From positions 704,001 through 768,000 of the forward strand of contig OY829846.1 of the NCBI GenBank assembly GCA_963691875.1: DNA of 64,000 bases, in the 5' to 3' direction. Shown piece after piece: positions 49,187 through 60,493 of the stretch. The first letter of the stretch is position 1. Each line of letters begins with the position of its first letter. Source of the stretch: Aureliella sp. (GTDB taxonomy: Bacteria > Planctomycetota > Planctomycetia > Pirellulales > Pirellulaceae). A model generated the notes under the pieces. That model ran no database searches and had not been told where the DNA came from. It worked only from the letters and a program-made list of their open reading frames with translations. Made by a program: the position numbers and the translations under genes.

Positions 49187-49760
49187 CTACCTCCGATGCT
49201 CAATCCGTACGCGTGCTTCCTGCACGGTTGTACACTTTACCGAGCCCAGGCTCTCGTTGCGGAGCTTGCCACTGTAGCTCTCCACGCCGCCATTTTGCCC
49301 GGCGCTAGCTGGTTCAGTTGAAGACATTGGCACATGTGCACCTCGATCACATTGCGGAGCCTGCGAACTCAACGTGCGATGAAGCCCGATCCGTTATCAC
49401 TCCGCATAAATGCTCATACGCCACGGAGGGTAAATAGGTCGACCAACACCGCGATAAAGTCTTAACTGCTCAGTTTATGACATATCCAATGCATTGCATT
49501 TACGAGTGAATTCATCGATGCACGCACGAATCTTTAATATCCCCCAATCGTTTTCGGTCGAAGGTAAAATTCACTGACCAAAGATGATCATTGAACTCCG
49601 ATTTGTGGCCAGTGATTCTTCCTTCGCTGGTACCAATCAGATTTCGTTTTTTCGTCTTTTTCGGGGCCTTCAGGTCTTCCTAGCATAAAAGACGGTAAGT
49701 GAGATCTGCTTGGCCTTGCAGCCGTCACTTATGAGCAGATTCACAATCTTCTTGGTGTGA
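49187..49760 (-). pseudogene. Degraded IS3-family transposase
   Basis: Fragments RSDNGSGF and QNGGVESYSGKLRNE...EARVRIE across broken frames. Confidence 0.65.
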
Positions 49761-50116
49761 GACCCTCGCCGAAGCCTAGTCATGAAGAATCTCCATCTGA
49801 GAAATACTCACAACACGCCAATCAGTTGTTGAGGAGCACTTAAAGTCGTTGTAAAGCTTGACGTCCGCGCGGTATTTTGCGAGACGGAACGAGGCAGAAG
49901 CAGCATCTTGCTAAGCGAATCGCCTGCACACACAACTATTTACATCTGATGCAACGCTACATCAAACTAGGCAAGCACTCTGCCCCCCTCAAGAGCAACA
50001 TCCAATTTTAATGGGCGAACGGGCACATTTATGATAGGAAGCCTTTCCTTCCGAGAAGAATCATCGAAAATACAAAGTGTTTTTATATTAGCCTCTAACC
50101 GAACGGAAACACGTAA

Positions 50117-52921
50117 ATGGCTAAAAAGCAGGCTGATACCGCAGAGCCAATCTTGAAGAAGCTCATTCTCCTCGATGGAATGGCCCTGACCTACCGAGCC
50201 CACTTTGCGTTGATTCGCTCGCCCCGATTTACATCTGCCGGCCAATGCACTTCCGCAGTATTTGGTGTTCTGAATACGCTCCAAGATGTGATCAAACGAG
50301 AGAATCCGACTCACATCGCAGTTGCATTTGACACCTCAGAGCCAACGGAACGCCACAAAGTCTTTCCGGAATACAAGGCGCAGCGGGACGCGATGCCAGA
50401 AGACATCGCGGTCCAGTTGCCCTTGATCGACCGACTGTTTGAAGCTTTCAACATCACCACGATTCGTTTGCCTGGTTACGAGGCGGACGACATCATTGGC
50501 ACCATTGCGCACCAAGCGTCGCCACTCGGATACCAGACTTTGATGGTCACCCCGGACAAGGATTATGACCAACTTGTAACCGAAGACATCTACATAATGA
50601 AGCCTGGCCGCAAGGGCGGAGAAGTTGAGATTTTTGGTATTCCTGAGGTATTGGAAAAATGGGGCATCAAACGCGTTGAACAAGTCATTGATGTGCTCGG
50701 CTTGATGGGCGACTCAAGTGACAACATCCCCGGTGTTCCTGGAATTGGCCCCAAAACGGCCATGAAGCTCATTCAGCAATACGGTTCCGTCGAGGGATTG
50801 ATTGAGCACTCGGATGAACTGAAAGGCAAGCAGAAAGAGCGTGTGCAAGACAATGTCGAGCAAGCAATGCTCTCAAAGAAACTCGTGACAATTCAACTCG
50901 ACGTCCCTCACGAGGTTCACATCCCTTCGCTTCGCTGGGAAAGTTACGACAATAAGAAGCTGAAAGCGTTGCTTGAGGAACTCGAGTTCGAAACGATTGG
51001 CAAGCGTCTATTTGGTAAAACCTTTTCGTCTTCAGCCAGTCGAGCTCAAGTAATCCGCGAGAAGCGTGAGAAGGAAATCCAAGCAACACTATTTGACATG
51101 GACGCCCCACCTGAAGAGCAAACGATTCAAAGCACGAAACACGACTATGTATTGATCGACTCTGCAGAGCAACGAGCCGAGCTAATCGAAAAGCTCAATA
51201 ACTCGTCAGAATTTTGCTTTGACACCGAGACGACAGGTAAAGATGCTCGCCACGCACTTCCACTCGGCTTAGCATTTTCCACTGCGAAAGGGGAAGGTCA
51301 CTACGTTGTTTGTCCTGAAGACCCATCGAAGGCCCAAGCGGTACTCGAAGAGTTTCGCGAACTATTCCAAAACGCGACAATTTCCAAAGTTGGACACAAC
51401 CTCAAGTATGACCTAACTCTTCTCAAGTGGCACGGCGTTGAAGTGCGGGGCAAACTCTTTGACACACTTCTTGGCCACTCGATGAAAGAGCCTGAAATGA
51501 ATCGAGGGCTCGACTACCTGTCGCAGCTCTACTTGCGTTACAAGCCGGTTTCTTACGAAGAGGTTACGGGGGGAAAAGACCGAAACCTCAGCGAGGTCGA
51601 CATCGACAAGGTGGTGCAATACGCCTGCGAAGATGCCGATGTGACGCTACAAGTCGCCAATGTCATCCGCCCCAAAATCGAAAAAGAAGGTGTTAGCCCA
51701 GTTTGCCATGAGGTTGAATGCCCACTCGTGCCCGTTCTGGTCGACATGGAATACCAAGGAATAAAGCTCGACACCAACGCTCTGGGCGCCTATGCCAACG
51801 TACTTGCTGCCGAGATTGAGGAGCTTCGCGAGAAAATATTCGTTGCCGCCGGTCGAGAGTTCAACATCGACTCACCCAAACAACTCGGAGTCATTCTCTA
51901 CGACGAATTACAACTCGAAAAGAACCCGAAGAAGACCGCCACGGGACAGTACTCAACACGAGAATCGGAGTTAGAGCGACTGTCGAATCGCCACGAAATC
52001 ATTGCCGACATCTTGGATTATCGCAACGCGGTCAAACTAAAGAGCGTTTATGTCGACAAGCTACCGGAGGCAGTGAACGAGAAGACAGGGCGACTTCACA
52101 CTCAGTATGACCAAGCTTGGACCACCACTGGACGAATACAATCCAAGGAACCGAACCTTCAAACCATTCCGATTCGCAAACACCGTGGTCGAGAAATCCG
52201 CGCAGCGTTCGTCCCACGTGACAAAGACCACTTGATTCTATCGGCCGATTACTCTCAAGTCGAACTAAGGGTGATGGCTGACCTCAGTGGCGACCCTGCC
52301 TTGATTGAAGCCTTCAAAAATGACGCGGACATCCACTCCTTCACGGCGTCGAAAGTCTACAAGGTCGACATGAATGATGTGACGCGCGAAATGCGGGACA
52401 AGGCAAAGACTGTCAACTTTGGCATAATCTACGGCATCTCTGCTTTTGGTCTTCAGCAGCGACTGAACATACCGAGGGCCGAGGCGAAAGAGTTGATCGA
52501 CAATTACTTCGAGAAGTACCCGGGAGTTCAAGCTTACATCGATCGCACCATCGCTTTTGCGAAGGAGCACGGATTCGTCCAAACTCAGACTGGTCGCAAA
52601 CGCTTCTTGCGAGACATCAACTCGCGTAACAAGACAGCTGCAAATGCTGCAGAAAGACTCGCCATGAATAGTCCCATTCAGGGAACCGCAGCAGACATTC
52701 TGAAACTCGCCATGATCCGCGTCCACAAGGCACTGACTGAAGGTGGCTTCAAGACCAAGATGCTACTAACTGTTCATGACGAGATCGTATTCGATCTTCA
52801 CCTCGATGAGCAACAGACGGCGGTTGGGGTCATACGCGAGGCAATGATGGGGGCACTTGAGATGTCCGTGCCGCTCAAAGTCGAAACTGGAGTCGGAAAG
52901 AATTGGCTCGAAGCCCATTAA
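50117..52921 (+). CDS. polA: DNA polymerase I (host)
   Basis: 5'-3' exonuclease (EADD, DKD, GD.SDNIPG), DTET, DYSQVELR, KTVNFGIIYG, VHDE. Confidence 0.97.
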   Translation: MAKKQADTAEPILKKLILLDGMALTYRAHFALIRSPRFTSAGQCTSAVFGVLNTLQDVIKRENPTHIAVAFDTSEPTERHKVFPEYKAQRDAMPEDIAVQLPLIDRLFEAFNITTIRLPGYEADDIIGTIAHQASPLGYQTLMVTPDKDYDQLVTEDIYIMKPGRKGGEVEIFGIPEVLEKWGIKRVEQVIDVLGLMGDSSDNIPGVPGIGPKTAMKLIQQYGSVEGLIEHSDELKGKQKERVQDNVEQAMLSKKLVTIQLDVPHEVHIPSLRWESYDNKKLKALLEELEFETIGKRLFGKTFSSSASRAQVIREKREKEIQATLFDMDAPPEEQTIQSTKHDYVLIDSAEQRAELIEKLNNSSEFCFDTETTGKDARHALPLGLAFSTAKGEGHYVVCPEDPSKAQAVLEEFRELFQNATISKVGHNLKYDLTLLKWHGVEVRGKLFDTLLGHSMKEPEMNRGLDYLSQLYLRYKPVSYEEVTGGKDRNLSEVDIDKVVQYACEDADVTLQVANVIRPKIEKEGVSPVCHEVECPLVPVLVDMEYQGIKLDTNALGAYANVLAAEIEELREKIFVAAGREFNIDSPKQLGVILYDELQLEKNPKKTATGQYSTRESELERLSNRHEIIADILDYRNAVKLKSVYVDKLPEAVNEKTGRLHTQYDQAWTTTGRIQSKEPNLQTIPIRKHRGREIRAAFVPRDKDHLILSADYSQVELRVMADLSGDPALIEAFKNDADIHSFTASKVYKVDMNDVTREMRDKAKTVNFGIIYGISAFGLQQRLNIPRAEAKELIDNYFEKYPGVQAYIDRTIAFAKEHGFVQTQTGRKRFLRDINSRNKTAANAAERLAMNSPIQGTAADILKLAMIRVHKALTEGGFKTKMLLTVHDEIVFDLHLDEQQTAVGVIREAMMGALEMSVPLKVETGVGKNWLEAH

Positions 52922-52968
52922 ACCGTTTGTAAGATTTGCCACAATACCCTCCGTACCGCACTTTGGAT

Positions 52969-53376
52969 TCAGGGAAGATATTCTGGCGAATCCCACCACG
53001 AAACCTCGAAGTTCTTCTCAGCAACGACACGTCCACCAATCGAAACGGTCATCCGCCAGTCACCAAGCTTATCTCTGATTGGCTCCCAAATGGTATCGCC
53101 AAGATAGAAATCCCAGTCGTTGGTCTTCGCGTAGACCTGCCCATCGAATGGCTCCCGCACCCTGCCCTGCTCATCTAAGATTCCCGGATGATAGATGCAG
53201 TAGTCTATCAACTGATTCTTCGCATGCTGGATATTCACAACAAAACCGAACTCGATGTCTACGACCGCCTGAACCTGAGTCGTAAACTCCTGAATTTTCG
53301 GCAATACTTTCGATTCGGCGTCCCAGTGATCGTAAATGCCAAAACTACGGATGGTAACAATCGGCTTTTTGGGCAT
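52969..53376 (-). CDS. DUF3859-like protein
   Basis: GIY..WD....LP, EFGF, HP, WDFYLGDTIW.P..DK.G.W. Confidence 0.7.
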   Translation of the reverse strand: MPKKPIVTIRSFGIYDHWDAESKVLPKIQEFTTQVQAVVDIEFGFVVNIQHAKNQLIDYCIYHPGILDEQGRVREPFDGQVYAKTNDWDFYLGDTIWEPIRDKLGDWRMTVSIGGRVVAEKNFEVSWWDSPEYLP

Positions 53377-53469
53377 AGTAAGAAAGTTGTGAGTTAGAAA
53401 ACCGCATAACGCCGAAATGCAAGATCGACGCCGCTCGCAAGATTAGAGCAGAAAAAAAAGCGAACCGCC

Positions 53470-54429
53470 ATGGAACCCAAGACGCGTGATGAAGACAAGC
53501 CCGCCGCACAAACGACGAATCACAAGAGCTACGGGCGCAAGTGGACCACGAAGGCGCTAATTATCGCACGCCGAGTGCACCTTTACGCAGGCCTCTTCCT
53601 TCTGCCTTGGGTCTTTCTCTATGGCATTACCGGTGCGATGTTTAACCACCAAGAGCTCTTTGGCGATGTCACAGCCTACGATGTTCCGCGACGGCCTATC
53701 GAAGAAAGCATGCAGAACTTTCCTGAGGAAGAAACTCTTGCAAGAGCAGTTGTCGCGGCAATGCGTGAGAAGGTCCCCGATTCGAAGATAGAACTTGCGA
53801 AACGCCATGAAGCTGCATTCAACAACTCATTTATTTTCCAAGTGCAACACGAGGGCAAACAGCACAATGTATTCATTGACCCGGTCCAAAAGAATGCTCG
53901 CATTCGAGTCATGCCAGAAAACTCAGAGAGGGCCGAAGTACTTCTACCGGACCTCAAGACTGTAAAACTGCCGCAGAATCCCTATCAGCTCGCCCGAGAA
54001 TCCGCAAGCATTGCGATGCGTGCCGCAGGATTTGAAACCCAAGCGACTGCGAGCCCCCTTGGCTGGTGCAAACTAAATTTCCTCGCCGAAGTCGACGGCA
54101 AGCCGGCTCGAATTACTTATGTTCTTCGGGATGGGCATGTCGACACAGTCGGGTACTCAGGCGAAGACGGCATGTCGCCGCGTTCTTTCTTTATGCAGCT
54201 GCATGTCTCGCACGGCCAGCCCCCTTATTGGAACGCTCGCATGTGGTGGTCGCTGATACTTGACACCATGGCGATCGCTATGGTCACCTGGGGGGTCACC
54301 GGGCTCGTCATGTGGTGGCAACTCAAACGCACGCGTCTATTCGGAGCATTTGTTCTACTCGTTAGTATGGCAACAGCAGCTTGGCTCTATTTTGGGATGA
54401 TGCATTTCTACGCCACAACACGTCTATAG
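53470..54429 (+). CDS. PepSY-associated TM helix protein
   Basis: RRVHLYAGLF...ITG...NH; LH..HG; TGL.MWW. Confidence 0.75.
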   Translation: MEPKTRDEDKPAAQTTNHKSYGRKWTTKALIIARRVHLYAGLFLLPWVFLYGITGAMFNHQELFGDVTAYDVPRRPIEESMQNFPEEETLARAVVAAMREKVPDSKIELAKRHEAAFNNSFIFQVQHEGKQHNVFIDPVQKNARIRVMPENSERAEVLLPDLKTVKLPQNPYQLARESASIAMRAAGFETQATASPLGWCKLNFLAEVDGKPARITYVLRDGHVDTVGYSGEDGMSPRSFFMQLHVSHGQPPYWNARMWWSLILDTMAIAMVTWGVTGLVMWWQLKRTRLFGAFVLLVSMATAAWLYFGMMHFYATTRL

Positions 54430-54550
54430 GCTCTGAAGGGTTCGTACCTGTTACGAGAGTCCGCTCAACTCCGCGATCTAGCATCAGGAATTGTCCGATT
54501 TACAAGTCCAGGGGCGCAAGGGATTCTGGTGAATCCCATTACAAATTGGC

Positions 54551-55111
54551 CTACCAGATCATGGGAGAAAAATTTTCGGGCCCATCAGCAAATTCGGACG
54601 GTTGACCGAAGAACTCGTTAACCATATCGCCGAGTCGGTCTCGGGTCTTCTTGCTCATGAGATTCTGCATCTCACGCGAAGCATCTTCTGAGATCATGAT
54701 CGGCAATAGATCAATTGACATCAGCCCGCCGCGGCAGATCGCTGCAATCTGGAAATTCCGGCACTGCTCCTTAGGAGTCTTCAGAAGAATGCAGCGATCG
54801 AGCCATTTCTCGATCTCATCGCCTCCCCACTTCTTTGTGTTTTCAAAACGCATTTCGAAGTCAAAGCGTTCCTCCATAAAAGCTGAGATCCGTTGAGAAG
54901 ATTCCTTGGAGAGATCTTCCGATATCTTGTTACGACAATCCATGCAGATTGCCATCTCCAGCACTGGCTCGGTACCACGAAAGACGCGTTCAATCCCATA
55001 CATGCAGTTGTCGGCCATTAGATCGCGATTGCAATCTATGCAGTTTCTAAATGGGCCTTCGTGATATAACGAATGAAACTGTGAAGGAATGGGAACCCAG
55101 CGTTCTGACAA
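54551..55111 (-). CDS. Hypothetical Cys-motif protein
   Basis: CIDC and CMDC pairs; fills the gap between neighbours. Confidence 0.6.
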   Translation of the reverse strand: MSERWVPIPSQFHSLYHEGPFRNCIDCNRDLMADNCMYGIERVFRGTEPVLEMAICMDCRNKISEDLSKESSQRISAFMEERFDFEMRFENTKKWGGDEIEKWLDRCILLKTPKEQCRNFQIAAICRGGLMSIDLLPIMISEDASREMQNLMSKKTRDRLGDMVNEFFGQPSEFADGPENFSPMIW

Positions 55112-55191
55112 AACTAAAACTCCGACTGCGATGGCACTCTAGCTGAACTAACCTACGGCTGAAGGGGCGACACCTATTTAGCCTTGTTGCT

Positions 55192-56148
55192 TTACCGCCC
55201 TACCGTCAACTGAAACTTCTTCCGAGTCTCTTCCGTGTTGTATCTCCCGGGTTGCTGCTCATCTTGGCCTTTTTCGAGCGATTCCAAGGATGGTCCAGAC
55301 ACAGCGAGTCCGGTGGCGGGCACACCGCCCTTGGCGGACCAGACAATCGCGTTGGAAACGAGCCGAAGAATATTTTGTCGCCCCCAGTTCCAATGATAGT
55401 GCCCACCGGTGAAACCGAACGATCTGCCACCATTCTCTCTTTCGTAAGCCCACGCGGTATGCTGAGGCTCACCATTGGCAACTGCTTTACGCACAGCAGG
55501 ATTGCCGCTGTGCGCGCCGTCTTTCCGACTCATCGTTTGCTCTGGAGCGATCGCTGATAAAATTGGCGTGACGCCCTTCATTTCAGGCTGAAAACGCATG
55601 TGGAAGTACCATTCATCATTTGCGGCAAAGGGTTTGACTCCCTGGGTGATCGGATGCTTAGGCAACGACTTGTATTCAGCCGTCCAATGAGGATTTACCG
55701 ACCAATTGATTTCGAAGTAACCGCCCAGCCAGCGAAGAAACTCTTTTCCGCCATCATCTGGTGGAACCTCAACACCGTAGTGCAAGCAAACAAAACCTGA
55801 GCCTCGCTTCATATGCTTGTCCAAGACATTAAGATGCTGCAAAGCCGGATGACGTTTCCCACCATCACAGTACATTACAATCGTGTCCGCATCATCGAGA
55901 ACGCTGGCATCCTCTGGCCAGCCGCCCGAGTAGACTTCACAAACCACGTTTTCAGTGGAATTCTCGATGGCCTCTGCCAAAACCCGACAGCCAGCCAAAT
56001 GCTCATGCGATCCGTAGCCGTGACTTGGGCGGCCGGCCAGAAAGACGACCTTCAAAGATTCGTCCGCCATCAGCGACGGAGCAAGGAAAAATGCGAACAG
56101 GAAAAACAGGATCAGACCGGAATGGATAGGCAGTTTTTTTCTAGTCAC
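55192..56148 (-). CDS. ThuA-like domain protein
   Basis: Signal peptide; SHG.G.HEH.AG, LHY, HPI..GV, DEWY, GRSFGFTGGH.H. Confidence 0.8.
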   Translation of the reverse strand: MTRKKLPIHSGLILFFLFAFFLAPSLMADESLKVVFLAGRPSHGYGSHEHLAGCRVLAEAIENSTENVVCEVYSGGWPEDASVLDDADTIVMYCDGGKRHPALQHLNVLDKHMKRGSGFVCLHYGVEVPPDDGGKEFLRWLGGYFEINWSVNPHWTAEYKSLPKHPITQGVKPFAANDEWYFHMRFQPEMKGVTPILSAIAPEQTMSRKDGAHSGNPAVRKAVANGEPQHTAWAYERENGGRSFGFTGGHYHWNWGRQNILRLVSNAIVWSAKGGVPATGLAVSGPSLESLEKGQDEQQPGRYNTEETRKKFQLTVGR

Positions 56149-56302
56149 CTTGCGTCCTTTAAGGAATTCGAGTGGGATGGATGGGGGCAGCGTGAAGGCA
56201 ATGCAACTGGAACCTTCGAAACCCTATTGTAGCAGCTGCTGGATTCCTGGCGGATTGAGCATTCGCAGCTTCGCTCGTACCAAACGAATCTCTCGTATTC
56301 AA

Positions 56303-57049
56303 ATGACAATTCCGCTCGAACTGCTGCTCAACGAAAAATCGCATTGCGTAGTGAACAAGCCTGCAGATCTGTTTACACAAGCCGCTCCTGGCATTCCGAA
56401 TCTGCAGAACCAGTTGGAGGACCAGCTTCTTGGTCAGTATTTCGGCGACAAGTCGGCTGCTCGGCCCTTTATTGGACTTCCACACCGTCTCGACAAGGGA
56501 ACTTCTGGGGCCGTGTTAATCGCGCGCAACCAACGAGCGCTCAAGCGTTTTGGACTTCAGTTTCAAACACGCAAAATCCAGAAGTACTATCTGGCTGTTG
56601 TCCAAGGAGATGCCCGAAACTCACAGGGACGGTGGAAGGATACCGTTCGAAAGATTCCAGACGAGGCCAAGGCCGAAATACTGTCTGATTCAGCTGCCGG
56701 CAAGGAAGCTTCGCTCGACGCAAAGTGCATTATCGCAACGCGGGAACTGAGCCTCCTGCTTATCCAGCTTCATACGGGGCGAATGCATCAAATCCGCATA
56801 CAGGCTGCCAGTCGTGGTCTCCCAGTCCTCGGCGACCAACTTTACGGTGGTAAGGCATCAAAGTTCGTCGCCCTACACGCCGCGCGGATTGACTTCTTTC
56901 ATCCAACTCATGGCAGACAACAAAACGCAACGGCAAAAGTGCCGCCCGCCTGGGACAGCCTGCCCCAGATGTTGCAAGAGCCATTATCTGATCTGCAGCA
57001 AGCACTTGCTACGAGCAAATCAGTTGAGATCACTGCCAAGCAAACATAG
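56303..57049 (+). CDS. RluA-family pseudouridine synthase
   Basis: VNKP, HRLDKGTSG, K.YLAVV, TGR.HQIR, GD.LYG, LHA. Confidence 0.92.
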   Translation: MTIPLELLLNEKSHCVVNKPADLFTQAAPGIPNLQNQLEDQLLGQYFGDKSAARPFIGLPHRLDKGTSGAVLIARNQRALKRFGLQFQTRKIQKYYLAVVQGDARNSQGRWKDTVRKIPDEAKAEILSDSAAGKEASLDAKCIIATRELSLLLIQLHTGRMHQIRIQAASRGLPVLGDQLYGGKASKFVALHAARIDFFHPTHGRQQNATAKVPPAWDSLPQMLQEPLSDLQQALATSKSVEITAKQT

Positions 57050-57472
57050 GGAGAAACAAAAAGCCCAAGTTGCCCTCTGCCCTTTCCACCAGCCAAGCTT
57101 GCCCTCGCCGATGCATCTCCTCTTCAGCGACCTCTCCTAAACAGGTGGTATTAGCCCATTGGTAACCAAAAGGAACTTGCATACGACCGTGACGATCGCC
57201 CCTAAACTGGGTTATTTCCTGCGTTAAAGAACAATCCAAGCAGACTGACTGAAGCAACCAAGAAAATCCGCACCAATGTTGCAAGAATCGGGCGCTAGCG
57301 GCAACCCACAACCAACAGGGGGTGATAACTGCGCAAGCACGCGTACCAGTTGCACAGAGCCATTTTGCGGTTCTCATATTTGGTTGTGCTAAGCCCCCTC
57401 AAATCCCAACGGACTTGGCTCTAAAATAGAGTTCTGAGTATAGCTTTTTTACCTGGAGTTCTTGATAGTCCT

Positions 57473-58462
57473 ATGTCGTCAGCACCTCAACTTGACGAGC
57501 AGATTCAGGAGCAGGCACAGACTTGCCAGAATTTGCGTGATGAAATTGGCCGCGTACTTGTCGGGCAGGAACACATGGTTTCTCGCCTGCTAATCGGTTT
57601 GCTGACTGGTGGTCACATCCTGCTCGAGGGCCTGCCTGGACTGGCCAAAACCTTGACGATCCGCAGCTTGGCAGAAGCTATCGACACTGGTTTTTCACGC
57701 ATTCAGTTCACGCCAGACATGTTGCCCGCAGACGTGATCGGGACCGAAATCTTCAATCCGAAGGACGCCAGCTATTTCGTGCGGAAGGGGCCGGTGTTTT
57801 CCAATCTGGTTCTCGCTGACGAAATCAATCGTGCCCCTGCCAAAGTCCAAGCAGCACTGCTCGAAGCGATGCAGGAACGCCAAGGCACGATTGGCAGTGA
57901 GACATTCAAACTCGACGAGCCTTTCCTTGTGCTCGCCACTCAAAACCCAATTGAGCAAGAGGGTACCTACCCGCTACCAGAGGCCCAGGTCGACAGGTTC
58001 ATGCTGAAAGTCGTCGTGGATTATCCAACAAAGGAAGAGGAACGGAAGGTTGTCGACCGGATGGCCAGCGGTCAGCCCATTCCTGAGATGCGAAAGGTTG
58101 CTTCTCCTGAGGACATCATGAGTGCCCGAGCCACTGTCGAGAGAATCTGGATAGACGAGAAAGTCCGTGACTACCTAGTCGACGTCGCCAGGGCAACCCG
58201 GAACCCTTCCGAGTACGGTATCTCAGAACTGGAAGACATGATCGAAACTGGAGCCAGCCCGCGAGCGTCGATCAGTTTGATGCGAGGAGCAAAAGCTCAT
58301 GCGTTCTTACAAAGTCGCAGCTACGTGACACCCCACGATGTAAAAAGCGTCGCCACCGAGATACTTCGCCACCGCATCATTCTGACATACGAGGCGGAAG
58401 CGGAAGGAAAGACGAACGATGACATTATCCGCAAGATACTGGACAACGTTCCGGTACCTTAA
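57473..58462 (+). CDS. moxR: MoxR AAA+ ATPase
   Basis: GLPGLAKT, RIQFTPD, DEINRA, ATQNPIEQEGTYPLPEAQ.DRF, GASPR. Confidence 0.95.
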   Translation: MSSAPQLDEQIQEQAQTCQNLRDEIGRVLVGQEHMVSRLLIGLLTGGHILLEGLPGLAKTLTIRSLAEAIDTGFSRIQFTPDMLPADVIGTEIFNPKDASYFVRKGPVFSNLVLADEINRAPAKVQAALLEAMQERQGTIGSETFKLDEPFLVLATQNPIEQEGTYPLPEAQVDRFMLKVVVDYPTKEEERKVVDRMASGQPIPEMRKVASPEDIMSARATVERIWIDEKVRDYLVDVARATRNPSEYGISELEDMIETGASPRASISLMRGAKAHAFLQSRSYVTPHDVKSVATEILRHRIILTYEAEAEGKTNDDIIRKILDNVPVP

Positions 58463-58481
58463 CCTGCGGAGGATTGCTGAC

Positions 58482-59438
58482 ATGCTGGCAAAGGAAGTTA
58501 TCAAGCGCGTTCGCGAGATCCAAGTGCGAACCGGCCGTCACGTTGCGGACGTCCTAGCTGGACAATACTCGTCAGTCTTCAAAGGTCGCGGGATCGAGTT
58601 CGACGAGGTTCGTCCTTACGTTCCAGGCGATGAAGTGCGAAGTATCGACTGGAACGTCACAGCACGCACCGGCGCCCCTTACGTAAAGCGTTACGTCGAA
58701 GAACGACAGCTGACGGTAATGCTTATGGCAGACGTTTCTGCATCTCAAGATTTCGGTTCAGGCTCACGCTCGAAACGCGAAGTAGCAGCGGAGCTCTGCG
58801 CATTACTAAGCTTCTCCGCCACCTTCAACGATGACAAAGTCGGGCTAACACTCTTCCATGGACAGATTGAGCAGTATATTCCTGCAAGAAAAGGTCAGAA
58901 GCATGCATTGCGTGTCGTGCGAGAAGTGCTAACACATGGAGACCGGCTTGAGCAGCAACATCGCCCGGTACGAATGCGATGGCTCCCATTCGGGCGGCAT
59001 AGAAGTTGGTGGCGCAAAGGTAGGCAATCAACTGACATAGCTGGAGCGATCGAGTTTCTCCTCTCAGTCAGCAAGCGGAAAACAGTCTGTTTTGTAGTAA
59101 GCGACTTCTTCGACGAAAACTACATCAAGTCACTGCAGATGGCTTCGCGCAAACATGACGTCATCGCAGTACTGATCAGCGATCCGCGTGAACTCGAACT
59201 TCCAAATGTGGGCATGGTTTCGATGCAAGATGCGGAAACCGGTCAGTTGGTCCAACGTGACACTGGCTCCGCCGCTTTTCGAACTGCCTTCCGCAATCAG
59301 GCCGAGCAGCGTATCCAAGATCTGGAACAAGAGTTTCGGAAAGTTAAGATAGACTTCATCCACATCGATGCCTCTCAGTCGGTTGTTGATCCTATCGCCA
59401 AATTCTTCCGAATGCGCGAAACCAGGAGGAATCGATGA
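58482..59438 (+). CDS. DUF58 family protein
   Basis: G.EF.EVR.Y.PGD..R.IDWNV.AR, EER, D.SAS, VSDF. Confidence 0.92.
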   Translation: MLAKEVIKRVREIQVRTGRHVADVLAGQYSSVFKGRGIEFDEVRPYVPGDEVRSIDWNVTARTGAPYVKRYVEERQLTVMLMADVSASQDFGSGSRSKREVAAELCALLSFSATFNDDKVGLTLFHGQIEQYIPARKGQKHALRVVREVLTHGDRLEQQHRPVRMRWLPFGRHRSWWRKGRQSTDIAGAIEFLLSVSKRKTVCFVVSDFFDENYIKSLQMASRKHDVIAVLISDPRELELPNVGMVSMQDAETGQLVQRDTGSAAFRTAFRNQAEQRIQDLEQEFRKVKIDFIHIDASQSVVDPIAKFFRMRETRRNR

Positions 59439-60493
59439 GTTCGCGAATCGGCCTATTTGGTAGCAAGCTCTACATGCTTGCTATTCTGAATCTCCTCATT
59501 GCAGCACCAGCTTCTGCAGAAGAATACACCGACGAGAAGTCGCTAGGACCGGTTAAGGTGCTTACCACACTCTCGCCGAGTGATCCACGGCTCGGTGACG
59601 AACTTTCTTTAACAATCGATGTCACCGCTGAAGAAGACGTCGAAGTGTTGATGCCAGAGTTTGCGGATGTGGTCAGTGGATTTCCCATCTCGCAATACCT
59701 GCCAAAACAAACCGTTACGCCCGCGGGCAAATCGAGATTTACCGTTCGCTACGTCTTTCAAGTGGAGTTCTCGGGAAAACAAGTCATTCAGCCGATCGCT
59801 ATTGAATTTATCGACAACCGCGACGGGAAGCAGGCTGCTCCTGAAGACTACGACGCTTACGAGTTGCTCACCGAAAGAATCGAATTCAGCGTCACCTCGG
59901 TGCTCGTGACCAGTGTTGACGAAGAGCTGAATCCGCCGCTGCCTGAATTGGATCTTCCCGCCGAATCAATTGCTAAGTCGAGCTACTTAGTGCTTGGTTT
60001 CGTTATTGCTGCTGGAATGCTTGCAGCAACGGGATTCTTGCTCTGGGTACGAAATAGAAATGACATCCGCAAAGCAAACGCTTACGAATTGGCCAAACGT
60101 CAATTGGATAGCATAGTCGCAGCAGGATCTCGAATCTCCGTTGATGAGTTTTATGTTGAAACGTCTGCCGTGATCAGACGGTACCTGGAGATTCGTTTTG
60201 AACTCGCGGCCCCGGAGTTGACGACAGACGAGTTCCTTCAAATTGCACCCAGCGAAAGTGAACTGTCGAAGGAGCACCAAGTTCTCTTAAGTGAGTTTTT
60301 ATCTCAAGCTGACCTCGTCAAATTCTCTGGCAAGGATGCCTCAGAAGGTGAAATGCGATGCTCGACAGAGTTAGCTTACAAGTTCCTCGAGGAGACTCGA
60401 GCGGAAGCACCTGAAGTTGTTTTGGAAAATTCGGAGGCATTCCACGACCACAATGCGAAACCCTCGATTACCCAGGAGTCTTCGCATGTTTGA
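59435..60493 (+). CDS. Bat-operon membrane protein
   Basis: Signal peptide, one TM, R.YLE.RF...APELTT.EF, ADLVKF; lies between DUF58 and BatA-like genes. Confidence 0.7.
   Translation: MSSRIGLFGSKLYMLAILNLLIAAPASAEEYTDEKSLGPVKVLTTLSPSDPRLGDELSLTIDVTAEEDVEVLMPEFADVVSGFPISQYLPKQTVTPAGKSRFTVRYVFQVEFSGKQVIQPIAIEFIDNRDGKQAAPEDYDAYELLTERIEFSVTSVLVTSVDEELNPPLPELDLPAESIAKSSYLVLGFVIAAGMLAATGFLLWVRNRNDIRKANAYELAKRQLDSIVAAGSRISVDEFYVETSAVIRRYLEIRFELAAPELTTDEFLQIAPSESELSKEHQVLLSEFLSQADLVKFSGKDASEGEMRCSTELAYKFLEETRAEAPEVVLENSEAFHDHNAKPSITQESSHV

Noticed and set aside
50117..52921. Element PolA as a duplicate of the nearby host polA
   Set aside because: Different architecture (no 5'-3' exonuclease), divergent motifs and composition; proximity looks coincidental.
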